A stretch of 32,000 nucleotides of DNA from Copranaerobaculum intestinale. GTDB lineage: Bacteria; Bacillota_I; Bacilli_A; Erysipelotrichales; Erysipelotrichaceae. Of this stretch, positions 1-9,068 are shown in pieces. The notes beneath the pieces were generated by a model. That model was not told the origin of the DNA, did no database searches, and worked only from the letters and a program-made list of their open reading frames with translations. Numbering within the stretch: position 1 is the first letter of the stretch; each line of letters begins with the position of its first letter. The position numbers were made by a program, and so were the translations under genes. Location of the stretch: assembly GCF_009831105.1 (NCBI RefSeq), contig NZ_WUUQ01000001.1, positions 690,001 to 722,000 of the forward strand, given 5' to 3'.

Positions 1-175
1 GATCAATCTAAATCCACTAACTCACATTATGAATAGTTATCGTGATATTTTCCTATATCATCGAACACCGGATATGTTACTATTAGGTTGTGTGTTCCTT
101 GCAAGTGCAGTATTATTGATTATTGGTTATTTGATTTTTGTCAGATTAGAAAAGGGATTTGCAGAGGAAGTATAA
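1..175 (+). CDS. ABC-2 type polysaccharide/teichoic-acid exporter permease (TagG/Wzm/RgpC-like), 3' fragment; the 5' end lies outside the window
   Basis: Frame 2 is open from the window edge to TAA at 173-175. It reads INLNPLTHIMNSYRDIFLYHRTPDMLLLGCVFLASAVLLIIGYLIFVRLEKGFAEEV. The NP(L)THI..YRD motif, final TM helix and (K/E)GFAEEV tail are typical C-termini of ABC-2 glycan exporter permeases. It is absent from the ORF track because it has no in-window start. Confidence 0.7.
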   Translation, partial: INLNPLTHIMNSYRDIFLYHRTPDMLLLGCVFLASAVLLIIGYLIFVRLEKGFAEEV

Positions 176-192
176 TATTTGGGAGTGATGAA

Positions 193-1167
193 ATGGATAT
201 AAGCATTGTAATTCCGGTGAAAAATGGCGGAGAAAAATTCAAAAAGTGTTTAGCGATGATTAAAAATCAAAAAACCTCATTAACTTATGAGGTTATTTGT
301 GTTGATTCTGGATCAAAGGATGATAGTATCGCTGTTATAAAAGAGTATGGATATACCTTATATGAAATTCCTGCTGCGGAATTTGGACACGGTAAAACCA
401 GAAACTTTGGAGCTTCAAAAGGATCAGGTCAATTCATTGTATTCATTACGCAAGATGCGATCCCTGCCCATGAAAACTGGCTTGAAAATCTTGTCCGTCC
501 AATGTATCTGGATAAAGATATCGTTGGAGGATTTGGAGCACATTATCCTGATTTTGAGAATTGTAATGTATTCGAAATTCGAAATATAACTGAGTGTTTC
601 CGTCAATTTGGTGATCAGACAAATATAATATCGCTGGATGATCAGTCTGCCTTTCTGAAAAATGATGCATATCGAGGTTACATATCATTTTTCTCGGATA
701 ATAACTCTTGTGTTAGAAAATCAATTTTTGAGATTTATCCTTATGATGATGTAAATTTTGCAGAGGATCAAATCTGGATGAGAAAAATGATGGAAAAAGG
801 TTATAAGAAGGTATTTTGTTACGATGCTCCAGTTATCCATTCGCATAATTATCCATTGAAAGAGTATTTTACCCGTTGCTATGATGAATACAAAGGTTTA
901 TACAATATACAGCAGTATAGGATTGCCCGATCTGTCCCTGAGCTTTTGAAAGAGTATCTTAAGATTTGCTGGTATGAATTAAATTATGTACGTCATTCAG
1001 AACTCAGTATTAGCGAAAAAATAAAAAATATTATTTATATGTTTATTAGAAACTATTTTAAATTTAAGGCAGGATATTTAGGCGGCAAATATCATTTATT
1101 GGATGAGGATAAACAGATAAAATTGGATAGGAAATTCTCTCAGCAATTTAAACAGAGAAATAGTTAA
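193..1167 (+). CDS. Family 2 glycosyltransferase (GT-A fold), probably a backbone (rhamnosyl/hexosyl) transferase
   Basis: N-terminus ISIVIPVKNGG, then VICVDSGSKDDS and FITQDA (DxD-like) motifs. I prefer ATG 193 over the track start at 88. GGGAG at 181-185 sits 7 nt upstream, and the 88-192 extension overlaps the permease tail. Confidence 0.8.
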   Translation: MDISIVIPVKNGGEKFKKCLAMIKNQKTSLTYEVICVDSGSKDDSIAVIKEYGYTLYEIPAAEFGHGKTRNFGASKGSGQFIVFITQDAIPAHENWLENLVRPMYLDKDIVGGFGAHYPDFENCNVFEIRNITECFRQFGDQTNIISLDDQSAFLKNDAYRGYISFFSDNNSCVRKSIFEIYPYDDVNFAEDQIWMRKMMEKGYKKVFCYDAPVIHSHNYPLKEYFTRCYDEYKGLYNIQQYRIARSVPELLKEYLKICWYELNYVRHSELSISEKIKNIIYMFIRNYFKFKAGYLGGKYHLLDEDKQIKLDRKFSQQFKQRNS

Positions 1168-1181
1168 AGGAGCAATCAAAT

Positions 1182-2408
1182 ATGAGTAATATATTGCAGA
1201 AGCTTAAAAATGGTATCCACATGTTCAAGACCGGAGGAGTCAAGGCTGTATTCAATCGACTTTTAAATAAACCTGTTCCTGCTAAAATCAATTTATTAAA
1301 AGATTTGGAATTCATTGTGAATACAGAAACAATCCCCTTTAATCAGGCTGAATATGACGCAAGTATGAAAACGGGAAATATTCTCTTAAACTGGATTATT
1401 CCTGATGTAGGAGTTGGTGGCGGAGGTCATATAAACATTTTTCGTTTTATCAGTATGATTGAAGATGAGCATGTGCATAGCCGCGTGTATTTGGATGCCT
1501 CTCGTTTTTATGATAATAAAGAGCTAACCGAGTTTGTACATCTGCATTATTCAGATGTTATTGATACAAGAATTGAATTCTTCTACAGTACATCATTTAT
1601 ATCATTTGCTCATGCCACCATAGCGACTGCTTGGCATACAGCTTATTTTGTTAAAAGATTTGAGAATACACTGGAAAAATTCTATTTCATACAGGACTAT
1701 GAGCCTTATTTTTTCCCAGTTGGATCATTTTACGAATTTGCAAAAAATACGTATAAGTTCGGTTTCAAGGGAATAACAGCTGGCGACTGGCTTAAAGATA
1801 TTTGCATTAACGATTTTAATATGCAGGCAGAAAGTTTTGCTTTTTCTTTTGATAAAACCCTGTATATTTCAAAAGAAAAAAAGGATTCAGTAAATCGTGT
1901 TTTCTTTTATGCCCGTCAGAACACATCTCGGCGAGATTTTGAAATTGGTATTTTGGCTTTAGAATTATTATCAAAAAAAATACCTAATTTTGAAGTTGTA
2001 TTTGCCGGAGGAAGTGTTGATGAATATGAGTTTTCCTTCCCCTATCGCTCACTTGAAATTATGCCGATAAATAAATTGTCGGATCTCTACTCACAATGTG
2101 ATATGTGTTTAATTTTATCAAATACAAACCTCTCTTTGCTTCCGCTTGAAGTAATGGCTTCAAATTCTGTAGCAGTTTGTTCGGTTGGTGAAAACAGTAC
2201 TTGGCTAGTTAATGAAGAAAATTCGATTCTAGTTGATTTTGATCCGTTGTTAATTGCGGATAAAATGGCCTATTATTTTCAGCATAAAGAGGAACTAGCT
2301 ATCATTCGAGAGAAAGGATATAAATTTGCACAGAAAACAAGCTGGGAGGAAGAGGGTAAAAAAGTCAAAAACTATATTCTGAGGGAGATAAAAAATCATG
2401 ACAGATAG
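1182..2408 (+). CDS. WsaF-like / GT4-related glycosyltransferase (putative rhamnosyltransferase)
   Basis: 408 aa. WIIPDVGVGGGGHINIFRF glycine-rich motif near residue 70, followed by a GT-B C-terminal half (LLPLEVMASNSVAV). AAGGAG RBS upstream. The family call is from memory of the WsaF-type N-terminal motif. Confidence 0.6.
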   Translation: MSNILQKLKNGIHMFKTGGVKAVFNRLLNKPVPAKINLLKDLEFIVNTETIPFNQAEYDASMKTGNILLNWIIPDVGVGGGGHINIFRFISMIEDEHVHSRVYLDASRFYDNKELTEFVHLHYSDVIDTRIEFFYSTSFISFAHATIATAWHTAYFVKRFENTLEKFYFIQDYEPYFFPVGSFYEFAKNTYKFGFKGITAGDWLKDICINDFNMQAESFAFSFDKTLYISKEKKDSVNRVFFYARQNTSRRDFEIGILALELLSKKIPNFEVVFAGGSVDEYEFSFPYRSLEIMPINKLSDLYSQCDMCLILSNTNLSLLPLEVMASNSVAVCSVGENSTWLVNEENSILVDFDPLLIADKMAYYFQHKEELAIIREKGYKFAQKTSWEEEGKKVKNYILREIKNHDR

Positions 2409-3318
2409 AAATATCTTGATAATTGGAGGAAATGGGTTTATTGGACGAAATCTTTCACAATATTTTGTAAATAAACAAGAGCATGTTTACTCTTTTGATC
2501 TTCGATATCCTCAAAGGGAATCGGACCAGGTTGTTTACTTATGCGGAGACTTTTTTGATGATGAAACGTTGAAAACCATTGTTGAAAAAATGGATGTGGT
2601 TATTCATGCGGTCAGTACGATCAATCCGGGTAACTCTGGAGAGTATTATATGCGAGGATATGAAAAAGATTTTATTCAAAGCGTGAAATTAGCAGAATTG
2701 TCGATAAAAAATAAGTTTCGTTTGATTTTTCTTTCTTCCGGCGGAACGGTTTATGGAATACAGGAAAATCAGCCGATTACTGAACAACAAAATCCGGTTC
2801 CAATTAATCATTATGGGTGCTTGAAATTGTGTATCGAAAATGTTATGAGAACAATGAATCGTCAGTCTAATGGAAACATATTAATTGCAAGAGTTGCGAA
2901 TCCGTATGGTCCAGGTCAGGATTATCACAAGGGTGTAGGGTTTATCGATGCTGCGATTAAAAAAAGTCTTCATGATGAAGTGATTGAAATATGGGGAGAT
3001 GGAACAACAATAAGGGATTATATTCATATTGAGGATGTATGTGATATGATATATTGCTTAAGTAAATATGAAGGCTGTGAAGAGGTTTTTAATATCAGTT
3101 CAGGTGTCGGAGTGTCACAGAATTATCTGATATCTTTATTGGAAGAATATGGCTTGAAGCCATCCGTTATTTTTAAGGATGCTAGAAGTGTAGATATTAA
3201 AAAAGTTGTTTTGAATAATGAACGCATTTTGTCTGTATGTAAATCATTTGTACGTCCGATCGAAATAGGTCTAAAACAGTATATAGAAGAAATAAAAAAG
3301 GAAGACTGTGAGAAGTAG
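2398..3318 (+). CDS. NAD-dependent epimerase/dehydratase (extended SDR family), nucleotide-sugar modifying
   Basis: Rossmann motif IIGGNGFIGRNL and catalytic YGCLK (YxxxK). 306 aa. GGGAGA RBS. Start overlaps the upstream stop by 11 nt. Confidence 0.8.
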   Translation: MTDRNILIIGGNGFIGRNLSQYFVNKQEHVYSFDLRYPQRESDQVVYLCGDFFDDETLKTIVEKMDVVIHAVSTINPGNSGEYYMRGYEKDFIQSVKLAELSIKNKFRLIFLSSGGTVYGIQENQPITEQQNPVPINHYGCLKLCIENVMRTMNRQSNGNILIARVANPYGPGQDYHKGVGFIDAAIKKSLHDEVIEIWGDGTTIRDYIHIEDVCDMIYCLSKYEGCEEVFNISSGVGVSQNYLISLLEEYGLKPSVIFKDARSVDIKKVVLNNERILSVCKSFVRPIEIGLKQYIEEIKKEDCEK

Positions 3319-3363
3319 GCATTAAAGGGATGGTTTACTTTTGTTTTATAATAATCTCAATGC

Positions 3364-3372
3364 TGGTATAGT
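3364..3372 (+). promoter_or_regulatory. Possible internal extended -10 promoter (TGgTATAGT)
   Basis: TG at 3364-3365 and TATAGT at 3367-3372, in the 91-nt gap before the GT-C gene. There is no good -35. Confidence 0.25.
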
Positions 3373-3409
3373 ATAAGGGAAATGAAAATGAAATACCCGG
3401 GAGGAAACG

Positions 3410-5518
3410 ATGGCAGCTTATAAAAGTAAATTTTTAAATTATAAGAAGGGGATAAATACATGTTTGGTATTTATATCTTTTACAGTTATCCTCGGATTGT
3501 TATTTTTTATGAATCGTTCAGAGATCGTACAAATAGATCAACCGGGATACAGTGTTAATAAAAATGAAATACATGAGGAGACTTTATCGAGAGGTAAAAC
3601 TTTAGACATTCCATTTGATATTAAAATGAATCGTCTGGATTCTTTGAAATTAGAATTAGCAGACAGCCGTGCAGGCCAGAATGTACATATCACAGTTTTG
3701 AAAGATCATAATAAGTTGTACGAAGAAGATATCGATTTAGGTATTACAAAAGGAAATATTGAATTAAATCATATCGATTACGGCAGCCAAGATATTCGGA
3801 AGAAGTTCCAGATGGAAGTGCGAAATGATTCAGAGCAGCCAATCAAATTTCTGGTTTCTTATGACGACAACGATCAAGCAAATATATTATTTTCATATTC
3901 TGGACAAAATAAGATTTATCATCAAACAATTCTTACTGGACTACTTATTATATTACTGATTGTTTTAAGCACCTTTATTCTTTTCAACTTTAATGTATCA
4001 ACAAGTGAAATTACAAATATAATATTTCAAAAATTAAAAAAGCTCAAACTTTCATATATCCTTGAAGTTATGTTATTTTTAACTGTTATTTTGTTGTTGA
4101 TGTCATCTATTAACTATTATTTTTATTATCAAATGATAAAAATCCCTATTTATATAGGCTTGATCATTGTTACACCATTATTCATATCCTATATGGTTAA
4201 TTTGATACTTATGGCAAAAAAGGACTTATCCAAAATTTTTGTTATCATAGCACTGCCGATCTGCATGCTTTATATGTTCCTGATCATACCAAATGCAGTA
4301 CCGGATGAGGTTACACATTTCGGAAAAGCTTATTTGACTTCTACCTTTTGCTTTACAAATGAAAACCATTTTTATGTACCAGAAGCGTACAGTAATTTAA
4401 CACATTATGACTACGGAATATTTTATCAAAATTTATTTTCCAACACCAATTATGATGAAGTTGTAAAAAGTACATTATTAACGAGCTATAATTCTGTATA
4501 CTATATGATACCAGCTGCGGGCATATTTATAGGCAGAGTTTTAAACTTATCAATAACTGGCGCCTTTTTGATGGGACGGTTCTTTAACGCACTCTTATTT
4601 ATCGGATTGGGTTCCTTATCCATAAAAAAGGTTCCCTATGCAAAACTTCTATTTTTTGTTTATTTGTTAAGTCCTATGATGATTCAAGAGGCTGTTTCTA
4701 TGTCGATTGACTGTATGATCAATGCAGTCACCATATTTGTCATTGCCTACATATTGGAAATGAAATTTAAAAATGATCGGATAGCTACAAAGGATATTGT
4801 TATTTTGGGTTCTCTCTTTGTTGTAATCTTATTGGGAAAATATAATTATCTGCCAGTCTTTGGCTTATTATTGATATTGCCTTCCTTAAAAAAGCTTACA
4901 AAGAAACAATGGCTCTATGTTTTGGGTTTCTTATGCTTAGGACCAATTTTATATTTTATTTATTCACGCTTGCTTACAGCTCCTTCCTCAGGTGTTTCGT
5001 CTTCTGCTGGATATATCCTAGAAACTGGAGTAAATACGCCTGCACAAGTGAATTTGGTCCTACATAATCCGATTTATTTTATAAAGGTCATGTTAAACAC
5101 ACTTTTAAAGTCTGGAGAATTCTACTTCTACTCTTTTATCGGAAGACCTCTTTCATGGTTAAATGTTGATGTGTATTGGGCACTCATATTTGTTTATTTT
5201 ATTGCGATGTTCTTATCAATTTATATTGGCAAAACAAAGTATTATCTAAAGAAATTTGAAAAAGCATGGATCTTAGTTTTATCAGCAATCATGGTTATTG
5301 GAATATTTTTTGCTTTGTATATTACTTGGACCGGTGTTGGCGGAGATATAATTTTAGGTGTTCAGGGAAGATATTTCATTCCAATTGTTATCTTGCTTCT
5401 GCTTTTATTAAAAGGAAAGTCAGTATACAATTTACATCAATACGAATATAAATATACAAGCTTCATATTAATTTTCCACTGCTTAGTAGCGTATTGCATA
5501 TTTTTAGGATTTGTCTAG
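3410..5518 (+). CDS. DUF2142-type GT-C fold polytopic membrane glycosyltransferase (GacL-like extracytoplasmic transferase)
   Basis: 702 aa. One N-terminal TM, an extracytoplasmic domain of about 140 aa, then more than 10 TM helices. VPDEVTHF follows an early TM, a D/E motif typical of GT-C enzymes and DUF2142. GGGAGG RBS. Confidence 0.65.
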   Translation: MAAYKSKFLNYKKGINTCLVFISFTVILGLLFFMNRSEIVQIDQPGYSVNKNEIHEETLSRGKTLDIPFDIKMNRLDSLKLELADSRAGQNVHITVLKDHNKLYEEDIDLGITKGNIELNHIDYGSQDIRKKFQMEVRNDSEQPIKFLVSYDDNDQANILFSYSGQNKIYHQTILTGLLIILLIVLSTFILFNFNVSTSEITNIIFQKLKKLKLSYILEVMLFLTVILLLMSSINYYFYYQMIKIPIYIGLIIVTPLFISYMVNLILMAKKDLSKIFVIIALPICMLYMFLIIPNAVPDEVTHFGKAYLTSTFCFTNENHFYVPEAYSNLTHYDYGIFYQNLFSNTNYDEVVKSTLLTSYNSVYYMIPAAGIFIGRVLNLSITGAFLMGRFFNALLFIGLGSLSIKKVPYAKLLFFVYLLSPMMIQEAVSMSIDCMINAVTIFVIAYILEMKFKNDRIATKDIVILGSLFVVILLGKYNYLPVFGLLLILPSLKKLTKKQWLYVLGFLCLGPILYFIYSRLLTAPSSGVSSSAGYILETGVNTPAQVNLVLHNPIYFIKVMLNTLLKSGEFYFYSFIGRPLSWLNVDVYWALIFVYFIAMFLSIYIGKTKYYLKKFEKAWILVLSAIMVIGIFFALYITWTGVGGDIILGVQGRYFIPIVILLLLLLKGKSVYNLHQYEYKYTSFILIFHCLVAYCIFLGFV

Positions 5519-5533
5519 AGGGAGGTTCCTCAA

Positions 5534-6256
5534 ATGAATAAAATATTACTAATTATTCCTGCCTATAATGAACAGGAAAATATCCTCAATACATATTTAA
5601 AGATCAAAGAATTTTCAAAGGGTTTTGAAATGTGTCTCGATGTGCTCGTAATTAATGATGGATCAACTGATCATACAGAAAAAATATTAACTGATGGAGA
5701 GATACCACATATAAAACTGATTCATAATTTAGGAATTGGTGGAGCAGTTCAAACTGGTTATAAATATGCATATGAGAATGATTATGATATTGCGGTTCAA
5801 TTTGATGGTGATGGGCAGCATAATATTTACTGCTTAGAAAATCTTATATCTCCACTTTTTCAGGGTTACGATTTTTCAATCGGATCTCGATTTGTGAAAG
5901 GATCCAATAGTGAATTCAAATCTAGTAAGGCTAGAAGAATTGGGATAAAAATGATTTCAACCCTCGTTCGCTTTGTCAGTGGGGAGAAGGTCTATGATGT
6001 TACATCGGGATATCGTGCAGCAAATAAAAAAGTGATTAAAGAATTTGCAAGTGCGTATCCGGTAGAATATCCGGAGCCGATTACTACGACAGAGTTGCTG
6101 CGAAAAGGATATAAAGTAAGGGAAGTACCCGTAGAAATGTATGAAAGAGAAGGTGGTAAATCTTCGATTCATACTTGGAAGAATGCATATTATATGGTTA
6201 ATGTTTTGCTTAATATACTTATAATTAAGATTAGGAGGTATGATCATGCTGGATAA
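5534..6256 (+). CDS. GT2 polyprenyl-phosphate sugar synthase (GacI / PpgS / DPM1-like), no TM segments
   Basis: LLIIPAYNEQENI, VINDGSTDHT and QFDGDGQH (DxD) motifs. 240 aa. Directly coupled to a DUF2304-type gene, as in the gacI-gacJ and Rv3631-Rv3632 pairs. Confidence 0.75.
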   Translation: MNKILLIIPAYNEQENILNTYLKIKEFSKGFEMCLDVLVINDGSTDHTEKILTDGEIPHIKLIHNLGIGGAVQTGYKYAYENDYDIAVQFDGDGQHNIYCLENLISPLFQGYDFSIGSRFVKGSNSEFKSSKARRIGIKMISTLVRFVSGEKVYDVTSGYRAANKKVIKEFASAYPVEYPEPITTTELLRKGYKVREVPVEMYEREGGKSSIHTWKNAYYMVNVLLNILIIKIRRYDHAG

Positions 6257-6599
6257 ACTAAACATAACGATGATAGTGACATCCCTGGTTTTATTTATTA
6301 TTATTTTTGCGTTTCTTAGAAAAGGCAGAATACCTTTAAAGTATGCACTTGTTTGGCTGCTTCCGACGTGTGCGATCTTCACTGTAGCCATCATTCCCCA
6401 ATTCTTATGGTTTGTTGCTGACTTGATCGGATTTACGACAATCTCGAACATATTGGTTGGTATTTTATTTATTACATTGTTTTTTATTACAATATCACTT
6501 AGTATCATCGTTTCTGGACAAAACACAAAAATAATTCTTTTGATTCAAGAAATTTCTACCTTGAAAAGTCAAGTTGAACAAAAATCCGGAGATAAATAA
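6246..6599 (+). CDS. DUF2304-type small membrane protein (GacJ-like activator of the adjacent GT2)
   Basis: About 117 aa with 3-4 TM helices and a short C-terminal amphipathic tail (IQEISTLKSQVEQ). I prefer ATG 6246, 7 nt after AGGAGG at 6233-6238; the track start 6240 is only 1 nt after it. Confidence 0.6.
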   Translation: MLDKLNITMIVTSLVLFIIIFAFLRKGRIPLKYALVWLLPTCAIFTVAIIPQFLWFVADLIGFTTISNILVGILFITLFFITISLSIIVSGQNTKIILLIQEISTLKSQVEQKSGDK

Positions 6600-6600
6600 A

Positions 6601-7755
6601 ATGTACAGTATATTAATATTTGCAGCACAGTATCTGCCGCATTTAGGCGGGGTTGAGAACTATACATATAATTTATCAAAAGAACTCATGAATCGTGGAC
6701 ATAAAGTAACGATAGTTACCTCAAACGTTCAAGATCTGGAGAGCTGTGAGGTTATGGAAGGCATAACAATTTATAGAATGCCGTGCTTGAAAATTTTGAA
6801 AGGAAGATTTCCGGTTTTAAAGAGAAATTCTGAATTTAAAAGATTACATTCTTTATTAATGAAGGATTCATTTGACTTTGTTATGGTAAATACGAGGTTT
6901 TATTTCCATTCCGTTTATGGGGTTCGATTTGCTAAAAAAAAGAATATACCATCCATTGTAATTGATCATGGAACAAGTCATTTAACTGTACATAATCCTT
7001 TACTTGATCTTATGGGAAATGGATTTGAGCATATTATTACAAAAATTGTCCAAATGTATAATACTGATTTTTATGGCGTGTCAAAAGCCAGTAATCAGTG
7101 GCTAAAGCATTTTCATATAGAAGCAAAGGGTGTACTTTACAATGCTATTGACGCTAATCGCATATTAGAAATTTATGATTCCTGTAAGCCTGATTTCGCT
7201 TCAAGATTTCATATACCAGAGGATGCGGTTACAATATCTTATACAGGCAGAGTATTGAAAGAAAAAGGGATAATTCAGTTGATTGAATCAGTTAAACAGC
7301 TTCATCAGGAAGGTTATAAAGTTTATCTTTTTATTGCTGGTGATGGTGATTTATTTGATTATTGCCAACAAGAAAAAAGTGATTTCATTATCCCGTTGGG
7401 AAGATTATCCTTTGAAAATATAATATGTTTACTAAAATTTACGGATATCTTTTGCTTGCCGTCAGATTCAGAAGGCTTTTCAACATCCTTACTAGAAGCA
7501 GCCGTATGCAGAAATTATATTGTGACAACGAGAAGAGGCGGCGCTCCAGAGCTAATTGAAAATGATAACTATGGAACCATCATAGATAATAATCGTGTTG
7601 AGGATGTTTATCCTGCCCTGCTTGAAGCCGTAACCAGCATTCCCAGAAGAAATCGTGGTGTTGAATTGACTTATCAAAAAGTGATATCCAATTTTACTTG
7701 GAATTTAACTGCTGATCATGTGTTGGATATTGTAGATTATAAAAATAAGCGATAA
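6601..7755 (+). CDS. Family 4 glycosyltransferase (GT-B)
   Basis: LPHLGGVENY N-terminus, and SEGFSTSLLEAAVC (the EX7E motif of GT4). I prefer ATG 6601 (GGAGA 8 nt upstream), which lies just after the DUF2304 stop. Confidence 0.8.
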   Translation: MYSILIFAAQYLPHLGGVENYTYNLSKELMNRGHKVTIVTSNVQDLESCEVMEGITIYRMPCLKILKGRFPVLKRNSEFKRLHSLLMKDSFDFVMVNTRFYFHSVYGVRFAKKKNIPSIVIDHGTSHLTVHNPLLDLMGNGFEHIITKIVQMYNTDFYGVSKASNQWLKHFHIEAKGVLYNAIDANRILEIYDSCKPDFASRFHIPEDAVTISYTGRVLKEKGIIQLIESVKQLHQEGYKVYLFIAGDGDLFDYCQQEKSDFIIPLGRLSFENIICLLKFTDIFCLPSDSEGFSTSLLEAAVCRNYIVTTRRGGAPELIENDNYGTIIDNNRVEDVYPALLEAVTSIPRRNRGVELTYQKVISNFTWNLTADHVLDIVDYKNKR

Positions 7756-7781
7756 TCAGTTAGTTCAGAAAGGAGGCATAT

Positions 7782-9068
7782 ATGAAATCCCATCCTACAG
7801 ATAAAGAAATCTATTTTTGGAATATCACCGGGAGTTTTTTAAATGCTTTACTGTCTGTTATGCTTCTTTTATTTGTTAATAGAATACTGGGGGTTAAAAA
7901 TGGTGATATATTTAGTGTTGGATTTGCCATAGCACAATTAATGTTAACCGTAGGAACTTATCAGGTTCGTCTATATCAAGCGACCGATATACGATCAAAA
8001 TATACGTTTAATGTTTATTTTTGGTTTCGCTTATTCACTCTTTTCATGATGATAGTAGTTTCTTTAATTTACATTTTTTTACGAAACTATGATTCTTACA
8101 CTTATTTTATTATTTTATCACTGTGTATATTTAGAGCCGGCGATGCATTTTCGGATGTGTATCAGGGACTTTATCAGCAAAAAGATCGTTTAGATTTGTC
8201 TGGTAAATCCATTGCTTTCAAAGTCATGGCATCTATGACTACGTTTGTCCTGTCCATGATTTTCTTTAAAAATTTGTTAGTTTCATGTTTGACCTTAATG
8301 ATGACAGAATGGATTATGGTCTATCTTTATGATATTCGAACATATCGGACATTCAAGAAGAAATATGAGATTGAAGAAATAAAGAAAGTGCCTCCTTATA
8401 AGGAAATGAAAGAATTATTTTTAATATGTACACCGCTCTTTCTTAATGTCTTTTTGATAAATGATATTTTTAATACCCCGAAATTTCAGATTGATACATA
8501 TATTTCTAACGGTACAATGACTGCCGGCTCCCAAACTTATTATAGTATTATTTTTATGATCGCATTTGTTATGAATTTGATTGTATTTGTCTTTCGCCCC
8601 ATTTTAACGCAATTATCAAGTTTATTTTATCACCGTCAGCTTAAGGAAATATTGAAAAAAATTAGCATGATTCTGCTTGTGATAATTGCTTCTACGCTGG
8701 CATGTATGATTGGAGCATATTTCATAGGAATTCCAGTATTATCCATTTTATATGGTACTGGAGATGGTCTGCTTCCTTATCGAGACGCATTACTAATCAT
8801 TATAGTTGCAGGCGGGATCAATGCCTTTTCAACATTTTTAGATAATGTCATTACGATATTCAGAAAACATTATTTTCTGTTGCTTTGTTATATGGGAAGT
8901 TGGTTGACAATGAAAAGCATAGCTCCTGGACTAGTTGCGAAATTCGGTGTAAATGGCGCAGCTTTATCCTTTTTAATCACAATGCTGACACAATTTATTC
9001 TTATTTTATCATTATTTATGATACTATTTTATAGAATATGGAGGAAAAAACATGATAAGCAATTATAA
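7782..9068 (+). CDS. wzx: Wzx/MOP-family lipid-linked sugar flippase (GacK-like)
   Basis: 428 aa with about 12 TM helices. The overall pattern resembles polysaccharide biosynthesis (Wzx/RfbX) proteins. AAGGAGG RBS. Confidence 0.65.
   Translation: MKSHPTDKEIYFWNITGSFLNALLSVMLLLFVNRILGVKNGDIFSVGFAIAQLMLTVGTYQVRLYQATDIRSKYTFNVYFWFRLFTLFMMIVVSLIYIFLRNYDSYTYFIILSLCIFRAGDAFSDVYQGLYQQKDRLDLSGKSIAFKVMASMTTFVLSMIFFKNLLVSCLTLMMTEWIMVYLYDIRTYRTFKKKYEIEEIKKVPPYKEMKELFLICTPLFLNVFLINDIFNTPKFQIDTYISNGTMTAGSQTYYSIIFMIAFVMNLIVFVFRPILTQLSSLFYHRQLKEILKKISMILLVIIASTLACMIGAYFIGIPVLSILYGTGDGLLPYRDALLIIIVAGGINAFSTFLDNVITIFRKHYFLLLCYMGSWLTMKSIAPGLVAKFGVNGAALSFLITMLTQFILILSLFMILFYRIWRKKHDKQL

Noticed and set aside
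88-192. 5' extension of the first GT2 ORF (MCVPCKCSIIDYWLF...)
   Set aside because: It overlaps the well-supported C-terminus of the ABC-2 permease in another frame, is Cys-rich and unlike GT2 N-termini. A GGGAG RBS precedes the internal ATG at 193, which begins the canonical ISIVIPVKNGG motif.
1973-1980. Homopolymeric A tracts inside coding regions (A8 at 1973-1980, A8 at 6934-6941, A9 at 11105-11113) as slipped-strand phase-variation switches
   Set aside because: Runs of 8-9 A are expected by chance in DNA this AT-rich. All three are currently in frame, and I have no population data showing length variation.
5957-6526. 189-aa minus-strand ORF
   Set aside because: It is antisense to two motif-supported genes (GT2 and DUF2304). 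Its translation is low-complexity and Ile/Asn/Phe-rich, typical of AT-rich antisense frames, and I saw no RBS.
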